This document shows, one piece after another, positions 27,413 through 55,555 of a stretch of DNA of 64,000 nucleotides. The first letter of the stretch is position 1. Every line of letters begins with the position of its first letter. The notes below the pieces were generated by a model. The model was given only the letters and a program-made list of their open reading frames with translations. It was not told the origin of the DNA and searched no databases. The DNA is taken from the NCBI GenBank assembly GCA_963693365.1, contig CAVNZM010000009.1, positions 83,641 through 147,640 of the forward strand, read 5' to 3'. The position numbers were made by a program, and so were the translations under genes. Origin of the DNA: Amoebidium appalachense (lineage: Eukaryota > Protista > Ichthyosporea).

Positions 27413-28053
27413 GAGACACACACACACACATTTACACACACACAGCCGTGACACCAAATATGCATCATAGCCATGCATGGCCACATGAACATACAATGCA
27501 TATGCCTGCGCATGCATATTATATAGGCCGGCCTCCACTTCAAAACTTCCCCCCCCAGAAATCGAACCCCATTCCCCCCTCCTCCGCTGCCCACCGTTCC
27601 CTCACCAGTGCTGTCCCTCCTTCTCCCCCACCGCCGCTCCGGCCTCCACCCCCCCCCCCCCCCCTCTCTCAGGCGGATCCCCCCCCCCCCCCCCCCCTCC
27701 CCCCTACTAGTACTCCCCCCCCCCCCCCCCCCTTCCCGGGCCCCCAGGAAGGCCTAAACATGGAATGGATCTAGATGCTCAGAGTCGACGGCCACCAGGT
27801 GCAGGTGCCACGTGTATCACGATCAGTGGCACGCGTCTTAAATGGCAGGCAATACACACACTGTGCACCACTGTGTTCCGTTCAAAGACACACATGCACC
27901 CCACATACACGGCCGTGACACCACACATGTGACCTAGGCTAGTACACGTGCACAGGCACATACCATCTCAGATCATGATAACTGTATTACAAACGTGCAC
28001 ATGCATCCACCCTGTACAATCACATGCTATGCACCCACCCACCCACACCCACA

Positions 28054-28118
<65 letters not shown>

Positions 28119-28160
28119 ACACTGCACACACACACGGCGCACGCACACACACCCCGTGGC

Positions 28161-28195
<35 letters not shown>

Positions 28196-28385
28196 CAAGA
28201 AACCGTTGGTACAAACACACCCACCCACACTGGCATGTACACACACATACACAGACACACACACCCTGCATATACATACACACCACACTGCACACACACG
28301 CACATACATACACACACTGTACATACATACACACACACCATAACCGTTGACACAAAACACACACACACATGCACACAATGTCATG

Positions 28386-28433
<48 letters not shown>

Positions 28434-28630
28434 AACATGTGCACACATGCACACAACATAGACACACACACCGATTACCGCTGACACAAATACACACACC
28501 CACACCTGTACACATGTACGCACAGACACACACACCGTGCATACATACCCACCACACACACACACACAATTGCAAAGAAAAATACTCACACACACACAAA
28601 CACAAACACAACCACCCAACGTGATTTTCT

Positions 28631-28663
<33 letters not shown>

Positions 28664-29384
28664 TCCCCCACCCAAACATTCGATTTCTGCCTGAGCTTCC
28701 CATGTTGCTGCCTCAACTCCACTCCCCCCCCCCCCCCCCCCCCCTCCCCCCCCCCCCCTCCCCTCCCCTCCCCCAGAATTTTTTAAATAAAAACAAGGGA
28801 CGCTACTTAATCGGTTACTAGGTGCTGGTGTGTTGTCAGAGATCCAATTTATTTGAAAGGGTTGGCAATATACACATTGTGCACCCTGTTCCAGTCAAAA
28901 GCCAGGAAATCTGCCAGAGCCTTCTTTTGGGCTGCTGCCTCGGCCACCTGGGCCTTTTCCAGCTGCTCCTTGGCCCCTTCTACAGTCAACCCTTTCAGTT
29001 TGCCCTCTTTAAGTAATTTCTTAGCCATTTCTTTCTGAAGCTTAAGCTCAGCTTTCACGTGCTTCACATCTGCCTCTATATATCCGGCCCATTCATGGCT
29101 ATATATCATGAGCTGATTGTGCACTGTCTGTGTTGTCATACGTGCTTTGAGAGAAGTCTTAATGATATTCACACCAGAGAAGCCACGTTCACTTGTTGCA
29201 TTACTAATTGGGATTATTCTCACAATGTCAACCAACTCAATTACAAGTATACTCAAGTTTACTGATGCGCGACGATTACGATTTTTGGTGGGCCTGGTCC
29301 GACGGAGCATTCCGATTTTCGAAGAGGTTTTCCGAAACGGGATTTCGACTTCCGTTAATTGGCTCCACCGTCCTTCGAACCCTG
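27049..29384 (-). mobile_element. Non-autonomous hAT DNA transposon (2336 bp) with perfect 12-bp TIRs and 8-bp TSD
   Basis: TIR CAGGGTTCGAAG (27049-27060) and CTTCGAACCCTG (29373-29384); TSD TATCTGAA at 27041-27048 and 29385-29392; TTCCGA subterminal repeats at both ends; hAT C-terminal remnant inside. Confidence 0.95.
28849..29260 (-). pseudogene. hAT transposase C-terminal dimerisation domain remnant
   Basis: ELVDIVRIIPISNATSERGFSGVNIIKTSLKARMT matches the hATC signature (P.S.A..ER.FS....K...R). Everything N-terminal to it is deleted. Confidence 0.88.
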
Positions 29385-29959
29385 TATCTGAAAACGTAAA
29401 CCCCAAGATTATTTGACCAATCACAGAGCACTTTGCTATGGGGTGTGATGCATCACAGGGGTGCGCGCTTGGCCAATAACTGCGTGCTAGAGCAAACGAT
29501 GCCCAAGTAACTTCGTGGTCAGTACGTGGAACTAAGAAACAAGAGGGAAAAAGGGGAACGAGGCACTTAGTGTGAGGGACGGAGTGTGAGGGACGGAGTG
29601 TGAGGGACGGAGTGTGAGGGACGGTGACGGGACTCACACAGAGCTGCCGAGAATCTATATTGGGCCTGTGCTTGTGAGCGTCGCTCACTGAGCGATGGCC
29701 TATCTGGCTGCCGTGAGCCGGGTGCGCCTGCCTATACCCCAGTGCGGGCGAGGTCACGTGATCTCGCTCGGGCAACGAGCCACCGTGCTGACAGCTGCAG
29801 ACGAACTGACTTCAACTGAGCGAAAGCTGAGAGAAAAGTTTAGCTGAGTTGTGGGAGTTCATTCAAGCTCTTGCAGCCTGTCGTTCAGTGCATTGCGCTC
29901 CATAAGTAAGGTTGAAAATAGTTGCAGGGGCACACAAGGTGTACCATAGGTTTTACGCT

Positions 29960-36948
<6,989 letters not shown>

Positions 36949-37071
36949 GGGACATGTGCTCGGACATCCCCACAGGCACAGCCTGCACACAAACGGGCAC
37001 ACACACGTGCAGAAACACACGACATCGTTTACAAGCATACACACACACGTGCATAAACACAAGTATACAAG

Positions 37072-37111
<40 letters not shown>

Positions 37112-38485
37112 TCACGTACAAGGGCGCACCAACACACACAGGCTTGCCTATTTGCGTGCACCCTTGTAGACATTCTAGACACCGGACATGATAACTCTGC
37201 ATATAATAGCCCAATACATGCGATGCATGTGTAAAACCGCATATGCACGAGTGCACTGTTGTTTACCTATCTGTGCACATTAATTTGTGCACCGCCATTT
37301 AGTTTGTGACCCATGGGATTTGCGCTCATATGAAATAGCAGCGGTAAAAAGGACTTTTGTGAATGGTCACTTCATATTTAGCATCAGTAGCACAAGTTAG
37401 GCACTTTTGTGTATCACCTTAAAACCTACCCCTCACGTGCACACAGCTTATATCAGTATTCAATTGCAATCTTGCGCTGTCAGCATTAACGGAATGTGAT
37501 GCATAGCCACTCTTAGCATCATGTTTGGCGGCAGTGGTTTTCTTGCTGCGGAAAGCCTTGGCATGACGTTATGTTTTTTTCCCAGCCCATATATTATTGT
37601 AATAACCTGGTCCGCCATCAATTGGCTCATATACGAGTAGGACAACTGCCATAAGCATCAGACATCACCTTTTAGTAAGATTCGGTTTGTTATCAGCGCA
37701 CAAAATAGAAAAACGAAAGTTCAATGATGCGACGATGGGTCCCCCCCCTTCGTCCCCCCCTCTTCCTCTCCCCCCCCTCCCCCCGTCCCCCCCGTAAACT
37801 GGCCTTTGTATTATTCATATATCACACTCACCAACAAATACGTACCCACAAAGTGAACCGTACAATAGCACTCGTCTAATAACAACCGCTCATGCAATAT
37901 ACATCGTGTGGTCGGAGCCAGGCCTCCTACAATATATATGCCATGACTCCGGCGGAGCGCAAGAACATTACTGAAATGCATCTGCCATTGTATGTATCGT
38001 GTGTCTGGGCTGGCGGGCATTTCACAGGCTTAATTAGCTTGCTATCGGTGGGACCCGGCACGTTTAAATTCAGATGTTCAAACCCTGAGGGGAAGCCTCG
38101 TATTGCATATGCATGTTGAAACGGTCCTGAATAAGTACGCATGTGCCACACATGGGTACACATTGGAGGGAGTATGCATGTGCACGGTCACATACATAGG
38201 GAGGATAGAGTGGCTCCACATCACCATGCCACACGGCCACACGCCTTGCATTCATTCCAAACATTCCACGATGGTGCCAGCACCAATTAGATCATTACAT
38301 GCATCCACGCCGCCTTTCTTTACAAACATGCACCCCCAGCCAGTAGGTTGCATCCCCCCCCCCCCCCCCCCCTCCCCCCCCCCCCCCCCCCCCCCTCCCC
38401 ACCCCACACACACACCCACTAAAACAAATAAAAAGAAATCCTTTGAAAAGATAAATAAAAAAAAAACCCCCAGGCACCTATAGGC

Positions 38486-46991
<8,506 letters not shown>

Positions 46992-47242
46992 GGTCGCTGC
47001 TGCGTGCACGTGCTGGTGGTCAGACGAACCTGCGTGCTATAAATATATTACTTACTTGTTGACGGTCTACTCTAGTATAAGCTACTAGGCCAACATGTGC
47101 ACAAAACACAAACACTTGCCCGCTTCAACTTTGCAAAAATGTGACCAACCGAGTGTTTGCGCCATCGCTTGTGCATCATATGGTTTAGGGAGACTGGCCT
47201 CCCTCTTGGCCAGCTCCCAGACGGCCTTGTGTGAGTCCAAAG

Positions 47243-48115
47243 AGGTGGGCTATTGTAACGGTGCCAAGGCCTCCTATGTAGGTGGGCTATTGTAACGGTG
47301 CCAAGGCCTCCTATTTAGGTGGGCTATTGTAACGGTGCCAAGGCCTCCTATTTAGGTGGGCTATTGTAACGGTGCCAAGGCCTCCTATGTAGGTGGGCTA
47401 TTGTAACGGTGCCAAAGCCTCCTATTTAGGTGGGCTATTGTAACGGTGCCAAGGCCTCCTATGTAGGTGGGCTATTGTAACGGTGCCAAGGCCTCCTATT
47501 TAGGTGGGCTATTGTAACGGTGCCAAGGCCTCCTATGTAGGTGGGCTATTGTAACGGTGCCAAGGCCTCCTATTTAGGTGGGCTATTGTAACGGTGCCAA
47601 GGCCTCCTGTGTAGGTGGGCTATTGTAACGGTGCCAAGGCCTCCTATTTAGGTGGGCTATTGTAACGGTGCCAAGGCCTCCTATTTAGGTGGGCTTTTGT
47701 AACGGTGCCAAGGCCTCCTACTTAGGTGGGCTATTGTAACGGTGCCAAGGCCTCCTATTTAGGTGGGCTATTGTAACGGTGCCAAGGCCTCCTATGTAGG
47801 TGGGCTATTGTAACGGTGCCAAGGCCTCCTATTTAGGTGGGCTATTGTAACGGTGCCAAGGCCTCCTGTGTAGGTGGGCTATTGTAACGGTGCCAAGGCC
47901 TCCTATTTAGGTGGGCTATTGTAACGGTGCCAAGGCCTCCTATTTAGGTGGGCTTTTGTAACGGTGCCAAGGCCTCCTACTTAGGTGGGCTATTGTAACG
48001 GTGCCAAGGCCTCCTATTTAGGTGGGCTATTGTAACGGTGCCAAGGCCTCCTATTTAGGTGGGCTATTGTAACGGTGCCAAGGCCTCCTATTTAGGTGGG
48101 CTATTGTAACGGTGC
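47243..48115. repeat. 37-bp minisatellite (~23.6 copies) upstream of CIAO1
   Basis: Unit aggtgggctattgtaacggtgccaaggcctcctat(g/t)t, head to tail with no spacers. Confidence 0.97.
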
Positions 48116-48570
48116 ATACGCTGTACAGCCGGAGGTGGTAGTGGGGGTGGGTTTGGGCGAATTGCATAGAGGAGCCGTGCACACTGAGTGATATATATAT
48201 GGGTCTAAGTCACGACCATCATAAGCTTAAGAGGCTGTGCACCGCCTCGAGCTCGAGACGTCTATGACATAGCTGTTGAACATACTTGGAAGTGTTGAGT
48301 GTGGCAGCTTGACCTGGACGATACTATTTGTGACGGAAGTAGGGAGGGGTGTGTGTGTGGAACACCGGGGGAAAGGTGAAGGAGGGGATGATGGGCACAG
48401 TGTGATTCTCTTGCCAATGAAAAATGGTCTTAGATAACTTGGAAGATCTTGTTTGCTGTGAGCATAGAGCTGCCACTGCATGTGAGTGCGTGAAACCGGC
48501 CCTGGGGGTAGTGGTGGTGGTGTTGGGGGAGAAGGGGGGGGGGGGGGGGGGGGGGGGGGGAGGGGGGGGG

Positions 48571-48601
<31 letters not shown>

Positions 48602-48824
48602 AACTGCTGCATTGAATTTCCTTGCGTGTACTTTTAGAGCAAAGCGGCCACAGGACTCCACGGACCAGCCGCAGGTCAGCCCACAAGGCCTTGTTTTCAC
48701 TAAGACCACACAGCCTTAACATCGTACAACTAACTTCAGCAAGTAATAGCTCTGCAGGCACAAGGATGCAAGGAAAGCAGGCCACATGGCACACAATAGA
48801 CCTTCTGTGTCTTATATGTTTTCG

Positions 48825-48946
48825 AAACGGTTGTTCTTCATATGGGTGTGTTTTTCTAAACGGTTGTTTTTCATATGGGTGTGTTTGTTTTTCATATGGG
48901 TGTGGTTTTCTAAACGGTTGTTTTTCATATGGGTGTGTTTTTCTAA
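48825..48946. repeat. Short ~33-bp tandem repeat
   Basis: aaacggttgtttttcatatgggtgtgtttttct, about 3.5 copies. Confidence 0.8.
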
Positions 48947-49142
48947 GTCTAAAAGATTTTACATCACGGATAGGCTTTTATAAAACAATAAAAAAAGTAG
49001 GAATATTGTGTGGTCCCATGCTCACAGTGAACAAAAAACGGACGACATGATCCTGAATTGTGTTGTATGTGTGCGCAACGTATATGTACTGTATGTGTGT
49101 GTGCTGGTAAGTTAATGGATTAATGTGCCATCAACCTGGGTG

Positions 49143-50837
49143 CTATACCCCTATGTCGCTCTGTGAATACGCGTTTGGATTCTTGCTTTCTGCCCCCTTC
49201 CACATGGCCACCTTAGGCTGCTGCACGGTGTCGATGTTGCCGAGTGTGTTTTTCCTCGGTGGCTCGGGGTAGATAACGGCCGCAGGCTGGTGGGTGAACT
49301 TTGTGCGGATATAGATGTACACGGGCAAACTGAAGGCGTCAATCACAAACCACGATATGGAGTATGCCCAGAAGTAGGTGAGGATTACAAAGGTAGGGGT
49401 GTGCAGCTTGGTGTCGAACGTCACCACGCCTATGCACGCCGTGAACCCGACTGTCTGGTAGATAAGGTGTCGTAGTGTCTCGGTGAAGTCCAGGAACCGC
49501 TTGGTGCCGTTTTCGCTCTTCAGGCGCACCACATACATGATGATGAGTGCAATGTAGATGAAGAAGTTGACAAAAATGCTTAGGGTGAGCCAGTGCAGCT
49601 TGGACCGCAGGGTGTCCTTTGTCGGGTCGACGATGAAGAACCAGAATATGGTGGGCACGGTGCTGATGGTGCAGCACACAAAGTAGAGCCAGGACATGCG
49701 GAAGTAGCTGTAGGGGCTGAGCTTGGCTGCCCCCGGGGTCTTGCCCCGTACAAAGGCCTGGTACATCATATCTAGGCGCTGCACGAGGGCAAAGAAGAAC
49801 AGGTTGCCTGTCAGGATGGTCATCAACATGCAACAGAACTCGGCCGTGCGGTGCCGTGGCCTGTCCTTGATCATGGTGTCAGGGTCCTGCCAGGCAAAGA
49901 AGAAGCTGTAGGACACGTTTGCGGCTATGACCAGGAAGCTGCTGATGAACACCTGGTACAGGTAGAAGCGCCCCCTCTTGCGCACGACAAAGTGGTGCTG
50001 CAGGCTCAGCACGGGCACCAGGCACAGCAAAAGCAGCACGTAGGTGATGGCCACAGGGCCCAGCGACAGGTAGAAGGCCTCGCTCAGCCGCGGCTTCTCC
50101 CTCGCATATATGGCCCCGAGTATGCGGGCGCCAAACGTGGGCAGGGCGGCCACCAGGCGGTCTATGCCCACGGTGGTGGCAAAGGCCAGGCCCTCTATGC
50201 CCAGGAACGTGTGGAACATGGCCTGGGGGTCCACCCCGTCCAGGGTTGCCCCCCGCAGGTAGCCCATGGCAGGCGCAGCCACGTAGCTGACAAACTGAGT
50301 CTCACTGAGTGCCCCACCCCCCAGCAGCACGTCCCGTATCGACTTGACTAGCTGAGGGGGGACACCGGGGCCCCGCCGGGGGGTCTTTGCTGCAAGGCGC
50401 AGGAACACGGTTGCCACCCTGGGGGGTTCCAACAGCAGTATTTTAGCTATGGCCGTGCCGACCATAGGCACTACGGTGGCGACCTTCTGCTGCTGCGTCA
50501 GGCTGGTGTTGAGGTGCGCCCCCAGGGCCACCCCGGCCAGCGTGCCTGCCGTGCCCCAGGTCAGGCCTGTAGCATTAGTGCCTGTGGCCTCCATAAACAC
50601 CTGGCTAAGCAGCTCGGGTGTGGGGTCCAGGTTGGCCCTGCTGGTCTTCTGACAGCCAAAGGCCAGGAACGTGCCGTACAGCAGCAGCAGCAGCACCCCG
50701 CTGACGGCCCATATGGTCCACCTCGTGCGGCGGGTCAGAATGGCCTCGGCCTGTGTGCCCACACTGGGCGTGCTGCGCAAGCCTGCCTGTGAGGCGCTGG
50801 GCATACTGCTGTGCGTGGTGGTAGTTTGGGACGACAT
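49143..50837 (-). CDS. Intronless multi-pass membrane protein, GPCR-like 7TM C-terminal half (~564 aa)
   Basis: 1.7-kb ORF with the strong GC3 bias of the host exons and ATG in GGCGGCCATG context. One N-terminal hydrophobic segment is followed by seven hydrophobic segments in the C-terminal half, with QRL at the end of TM3 (DRY position) and DAFSLPVYIY in TM7 (NPxxY-like). The GPCR assignment is inference. Confidence 0.85.
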   Translation of the reverse strand: MSSQTTTTHSSMPSASQAGLRSTPSVGTQAEAILTRRTRWTIWAVSGVLLLLLYGTFLAFGCQKTSRANLDPTPELLSQVFMEATGTNATGLTWGTAGTLAGVALGAHLNTSLTQQQKVATVVPMVGTAIAKILLLEPPRVATVFLRLAAKTPRRGPGVPPQLVKSIRDVLLGGGALSETQFVSYVAAPAMGYLRGATLDGVDPQAMFHTFLGIEGLAFATTVGIDRLVAALPTFGARILGAIYAREKPRLSEAFYLSLGPVAITYVLLLLCLVPVLSLQHHFVVRKRGRFYLYQVFISSFLVIAANVSYSFFFAWQDPDTMIKDRPRHRTAEFCCMLMTILTGNLFFFALVQRLDMMYQAFVRGKTPGAAKLSPYSYFRMSWLYFVCCTISTVPTIFWFFIVDPTKDTLRSKLHWLTLSIFVNFFIYIALIIMYVVRLKSENGTKRFLDFTETLRHLIYQTVGFTACIGVVTFDTKLHTPTFVILTYFWAYSISWFVIDAFSLPVYIYIRTKFTHQPAAVIYPEPPRKNTLGNIDTVQQPKVAMWKGAESKNPNAYSQSDIGV

Positions 50838-53022
50838 GGCCGCCACATATGAAGGCGGGCACTAAGCCCCAGCCAGCTCGAAAACGTGTGCCCGATGGCG
50901 TGCTTTGAAGTCTAAAAGGACGGCTCGAACCACGTAAGGTCGTACGACTACTGAGAGAACAAATGGGCCCTATAAGGGTGGTATATTCCTGAGCTTGCGC
51001 TTATTAGATGCTGCTTGTTTTGCGGCGAGGGATGGTAGTACGTGCGAGTAATATGTGTGTCTAAATGAATTGGGCTACTGAGCTATGCCATAACTTCGAA
51101 GGAAGGACAGCTGGCAAGATATATATCAGAAGTTCTGTTGGAGCTGATGGTTTGATTTCCTGGCTCTACACTGGTTTATATTTGTGCCATCCCTTGTCTT
51201 ACAATATTAAAACGTTTATATTTGTGCTATCCCTTGTCTTACAATATTAAAACAACAGAGCTACCTCCTGTTTTCTATTGTGGTGTTGTGTGGCCAAAAC
51301 CAACATTAGTGAAGATACCAAACACTACGAGTTGAGAGTCTACTTGAGAGCGGTCCCTACTACGTGGTTCCCTACAGCATACAGTGCACTGATGAATTTA
51401 TTTTGTTTGCTTTTCAAAAAATGTGGCGGGAAATAATGATTGGCCAGTGGCATCCATATTCTACCCCCCAGAGCGCAATGTACATAACTTCTTTTTGAAA
51501 AAGTTTTTGCTGATATTGTTTTATGAACTACCTTCTGCCTATAACACTAATAAATATATGCACGTTTTTGATGTCTAAATAAATAAAAATGGTTAAAAAT
51601 GTATTTTGAAATAGAACAATAACAGCTCCTTAATGATATTTAGCTACTCGATTAGCATGTTGCGTTTTTTCTGGACCAGCTGTGGATAGCTTTTCATTTG
51701 TTTAGGGAGTACTTTCAAGCGGCGCTTCACTTTTACTGTCTGTTGCGGCTTACCAAGAGCTTTTAAGTCTTATTTACTTTAAACAACACTCCTGATAAGT
51801 GCAAACACTTTTGTAAGATTTTTGTATGCCTGCGTCACAGCTTGTTTTGCCGCCACAGATAAAATTGCAATTTTAGGTACGTGACTGGGTAGCTGCTCAG
51901 TTGAACGCGTACAGCGGCGGCCAGGCGGGACCCATGACTGGACTGGAGAGCTGAGCCCTCAAGTTCACCTCAGCCGTCGACCAAGATGGTGATAGAGACA
52001 TACAGGCTGGAATGGGTGCAAGATACTCAAGTATTACTGTGTCAAGAAACTACCATATGGAAGCTTGATAAAGCCATGCGGCTACCGCTGTGGTACTGGC
52101 ACCATCATGATCTTCGAAGCATGAGTTGTTCAGCACATGTATACGCTGTTTTCAATAAACGATGGTGGCATATGTATGTACTGTTGCTACCTTCCAAGGC
52201 TCCCGAACTCCCAAAAATGACCACGGTAACACATGCTTCACGTCATTACGTGGGGGAACAGAAAAGTTTCTCGGCATGGCTAAGTCATATGGACCCGGGG
52301 ATTATCTTCCTTTCAGATCCCACCCGCAGTTGCTGTTAGAATGTCAGGCCGAGGCATGATGCATATTAACTTGCAGGATACTTCCTTTATATGGAAAACA
52401 AAGGGCTCACACGGAGTTTCGGGTGTTTGAGACAGCAGCAGTAGCACGAGCTACGCTCCCGTGGGGAGATCGAGTCTTGCTCATTCTTACCCGCTCGGTT
52501 GGATAGACACAGGCATGTGGCCAGGAGGGAGAGGGTTGCCGATGGATATTCTGAAATTGTGTGGTTTGCTAGGCGGCTGGGGGGGAAGGGGCCAGGAGAG
52601 GGGGGGGGGGGGGGAGGGAGGGGGAGGGGGGGGAGGGGACACGAAAAGAAGAGCCTTAATGTGCGGCAGTCACTGAGCGGTCCAAATGGTTTGCATGTGA
52701 GCTGCTCGCGTTCTGACCACTTCAAGTGACCCCTTTCTTTTCCACTTTGCTCCCCACCATTCTCCCCCCTCCCCCCGGGGCGGACCCCATCCACACACAG
52801 CACAATATTTTGAAGTTTCATGGAGTATTAATATTACAGCTGATTGCTGGAGGATTTATGGTAAGGAAAGAAACACACGGGAGGGGGAGGGGGGGGGGGG
52901 GGGGGGGGGGGGGCAGTTATGATTGCTGCATACGCGCAAACATTATCTCTCCTCTGGCTGCGCGTTTCACCGTCAGATCCGCTTGAGTTGATTGGGTGGT
53001 CTGCCAGTGATCCCGTGTGTGC

Positions 53023-53084
<62 letters not shown>

Positions 53085-53225
53085 CGCTTGCGCGCGCTTG
53101 TGCGTGTGACTGTACCATTCTGGAGTTTCCCACATTTGTTCCCATTTTTTTTGTGTTTTTTGTTTGTTTGCTTTTTTTCTGTTTTCGTTTTTTTCATTTC
53201 TTTTCTTTTTTTCTTTTTTTTTTTT

Positions 53226-53268
<43 letters not shown>

Positions 53269-53343
53269 GTTTTAGAGCCCCCTTGATCTCTCCAGGTCAC
53301 GTGCACAGGGAAGCCCCTACCCCTAGGCCCCTAGGCCTCACTG

Positions 53344-53374
<31 letters not shown>

Positions 53375-54025
53375 AAAAAAAAAAAAAATCTACCACTTTC
53401 CCGAGCCCTAAGATCCCCGACTAATGCATTCCCTACACTCGCTCTAATTTCCACCAGGTCCTGGACCAGGGGAACTATAAGGGTCACATGATGGTGACTC
53501 CTCCTCCATATGTTTTCCCCTTCGAGTAATCTGTCTTGCACGTGCACGTGATATCCCTTGGCTGACTGCAAACACGCTGTACATGTCAGGCCCTAGATCA
53601 CTGAGTATGAGCCAGGGTTGAGACGGAGTTTGGGTAACAGAGGTGTAAAGAAAGAAATGAAGCAATTATACAACCTACACTTGTAAGGCTCAGATCAATG
53701 GTCTCAGACCGTATACATATGTGATTGAGTATGCCATTATTCGCACTTTCTTGTGCAGGTTTGTGCATCAGTGCCAATGTTGCTGTTTAATCTCCAAATA
53801 AAGAGGCTGTGCACACATTGTGTCCCATTCAGGTAGGCATGGCATATGCATGCGCGTAGGCATCATCATCGATGTACCATATGCATGAGACTGGCAATGG
53901 CTCGAATATCTATTTTTGACCACATGATGCTTGCAGAATCATTCAACATTCCTACTTTTTTTCAGTCGTTTTAGGGTAATTGATCGCAGTCACAGCCGTG
54001 AGTCGCACTACTGCTTGGTGCAGTC

Positions 54026-54063
<38 letters not shown>

Positions 54064-55075
54064 ACGAGGCTACTGAGGGGAGGGGCTACCCTCGGGAGGG
54101 GGGGGGGAAGAATTGGAGGAAGGGGGCGGGGAGCTACCCGGGGGAGAGACTACCCTGTGACCTCAGGAAAGGAGGGGGGGGGGCTCGAGGTGGGGGGGGA
54201 GCTACTCGGGGGAGGGGTTACCCTCGGGAACGGGGGAGGGGGGAAGGGGAGGGGGAGGGGGGCTAGCCTAAGAGAAAGGGGCTACCTTGTGACCTCGGGA
54301 GGGCAAGGAAGGGGGGTAGGGGGGGATGGGGGAGCTAGGGGGAGGGGCTAACATGTGACTACCCGCCTATACTGCCCCACTCTGTGCTGTTGTGTTCCAA
54401 CTTGTGTACATGGCCGTCACCGTGCACGTGTCAACACGCACGAAGGAGCCCACAATGCGCCAGCCCGCACGTCAACGATATATATGCAATTCGTCATGAT
54501 AAGTTTACTGGGGGTGCCATTTTAAAGATAAAACTCAAAAATGATAATGCGAGAATTAATTTTTAAGAAGATCTCATTATTAGCTATGCATGGGTCAAAG
54601 GTTGCTGTACATGTTTGCATCCTTAACGTGCACACAACAACTTGTATCCGGGGCTCGCCTGATCTTACACAGTTTATATGTGTGTGCAACAGGCGTTATT
54701 ATTTGTTGCATATGCATATGAACATTTTCGATTTTAGTATTGTTATCTAAGGGTTCTCCCCTCTTCCAAAGCCCTTTAATGCTTTAGGATCCAACCAGTC
54801 CAATCACCGTGTGTCATCGCACCACCCCCCCCCACCCCCCCCCCCCCCACCCCCCCAACCCCCCAATCCTCCCCCCCCCCCCCCCCCCCCTTCTCCCCTC
54901 CACACACAAAACAAAAACACACATCATCTACACCCGTTTCTTTCTCCCTCGAATCCCCTTCTTGTCTTACATAGTCCCACTCAAGTTAGTGGCCCAGATG
55001 TTCATGTCGACTACACCCATACGCTGCACAGAAGGTGGGGGCATGTGCACACTTAGCAGTGGCCAAGAAAAAAGC

Positions 55076-55115
<40 letters not shown>

Positions 55116-55509
55116 GCCCTCTTACTCCAATTCCTACCACCGTCCACCAAGCCCGCACCAACCACTAGCCGCACGGTACCACGTGCACCTATTCGTCGAC
55201 GTGGCAAACGCACACGCAGCCACCCCCACCCCCCTGCCTTCCTTTACCCTCCGGGGCCCCGTGTCGACGTCTCCCCTCATGGGCCTGAGCGCTTGGACAC
55301 ATAACTGCTGCGTGTGTATGTTTGCTCGTTTGTGCACGTGTGGACATGCTTATGTGTGAGTAATGTGTGTGTTGCCACAGCGTGTGTTATTTAGTACCCT
55401 TTTTTGTGCCACGGACTTGTGTAGCGGGACAGTGTGATGATTCAGAAGCATGTGCATGACTGTGTGTGTGTTCGGACTTCACGGTGTTATGTGTGTGATA
55501 TGTGTCTGT

Positions 55510-55555
<46 letters not shown>

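Noticed and set aside
29752-29763. GGTCACGTGATC E-box/CLEAR-like site
   Set aside because: A single short motif in a genome rich in CACGTG; function cannot be supported from sequence alone.
28849-29775. 308-aa ORF as a complete transposase
   Set aside because: It crosses the TIR/TSD boundary at 29384; only the last ~135 aa are transposase-derived.
47243-48115. CRISPR array (37-bp repeats)
   Set aside because: Units are contiguous with no unique spacers, there are no cas genes, and the context is eukaryotic.
51590-51900. Possible decayed Lys-rich ORF (viral or TE relic) on the minus strand
   Set aside because: About 4 stops in 100 codons is not clearly below chance for AT-rich DNA, and no motif was recognised.
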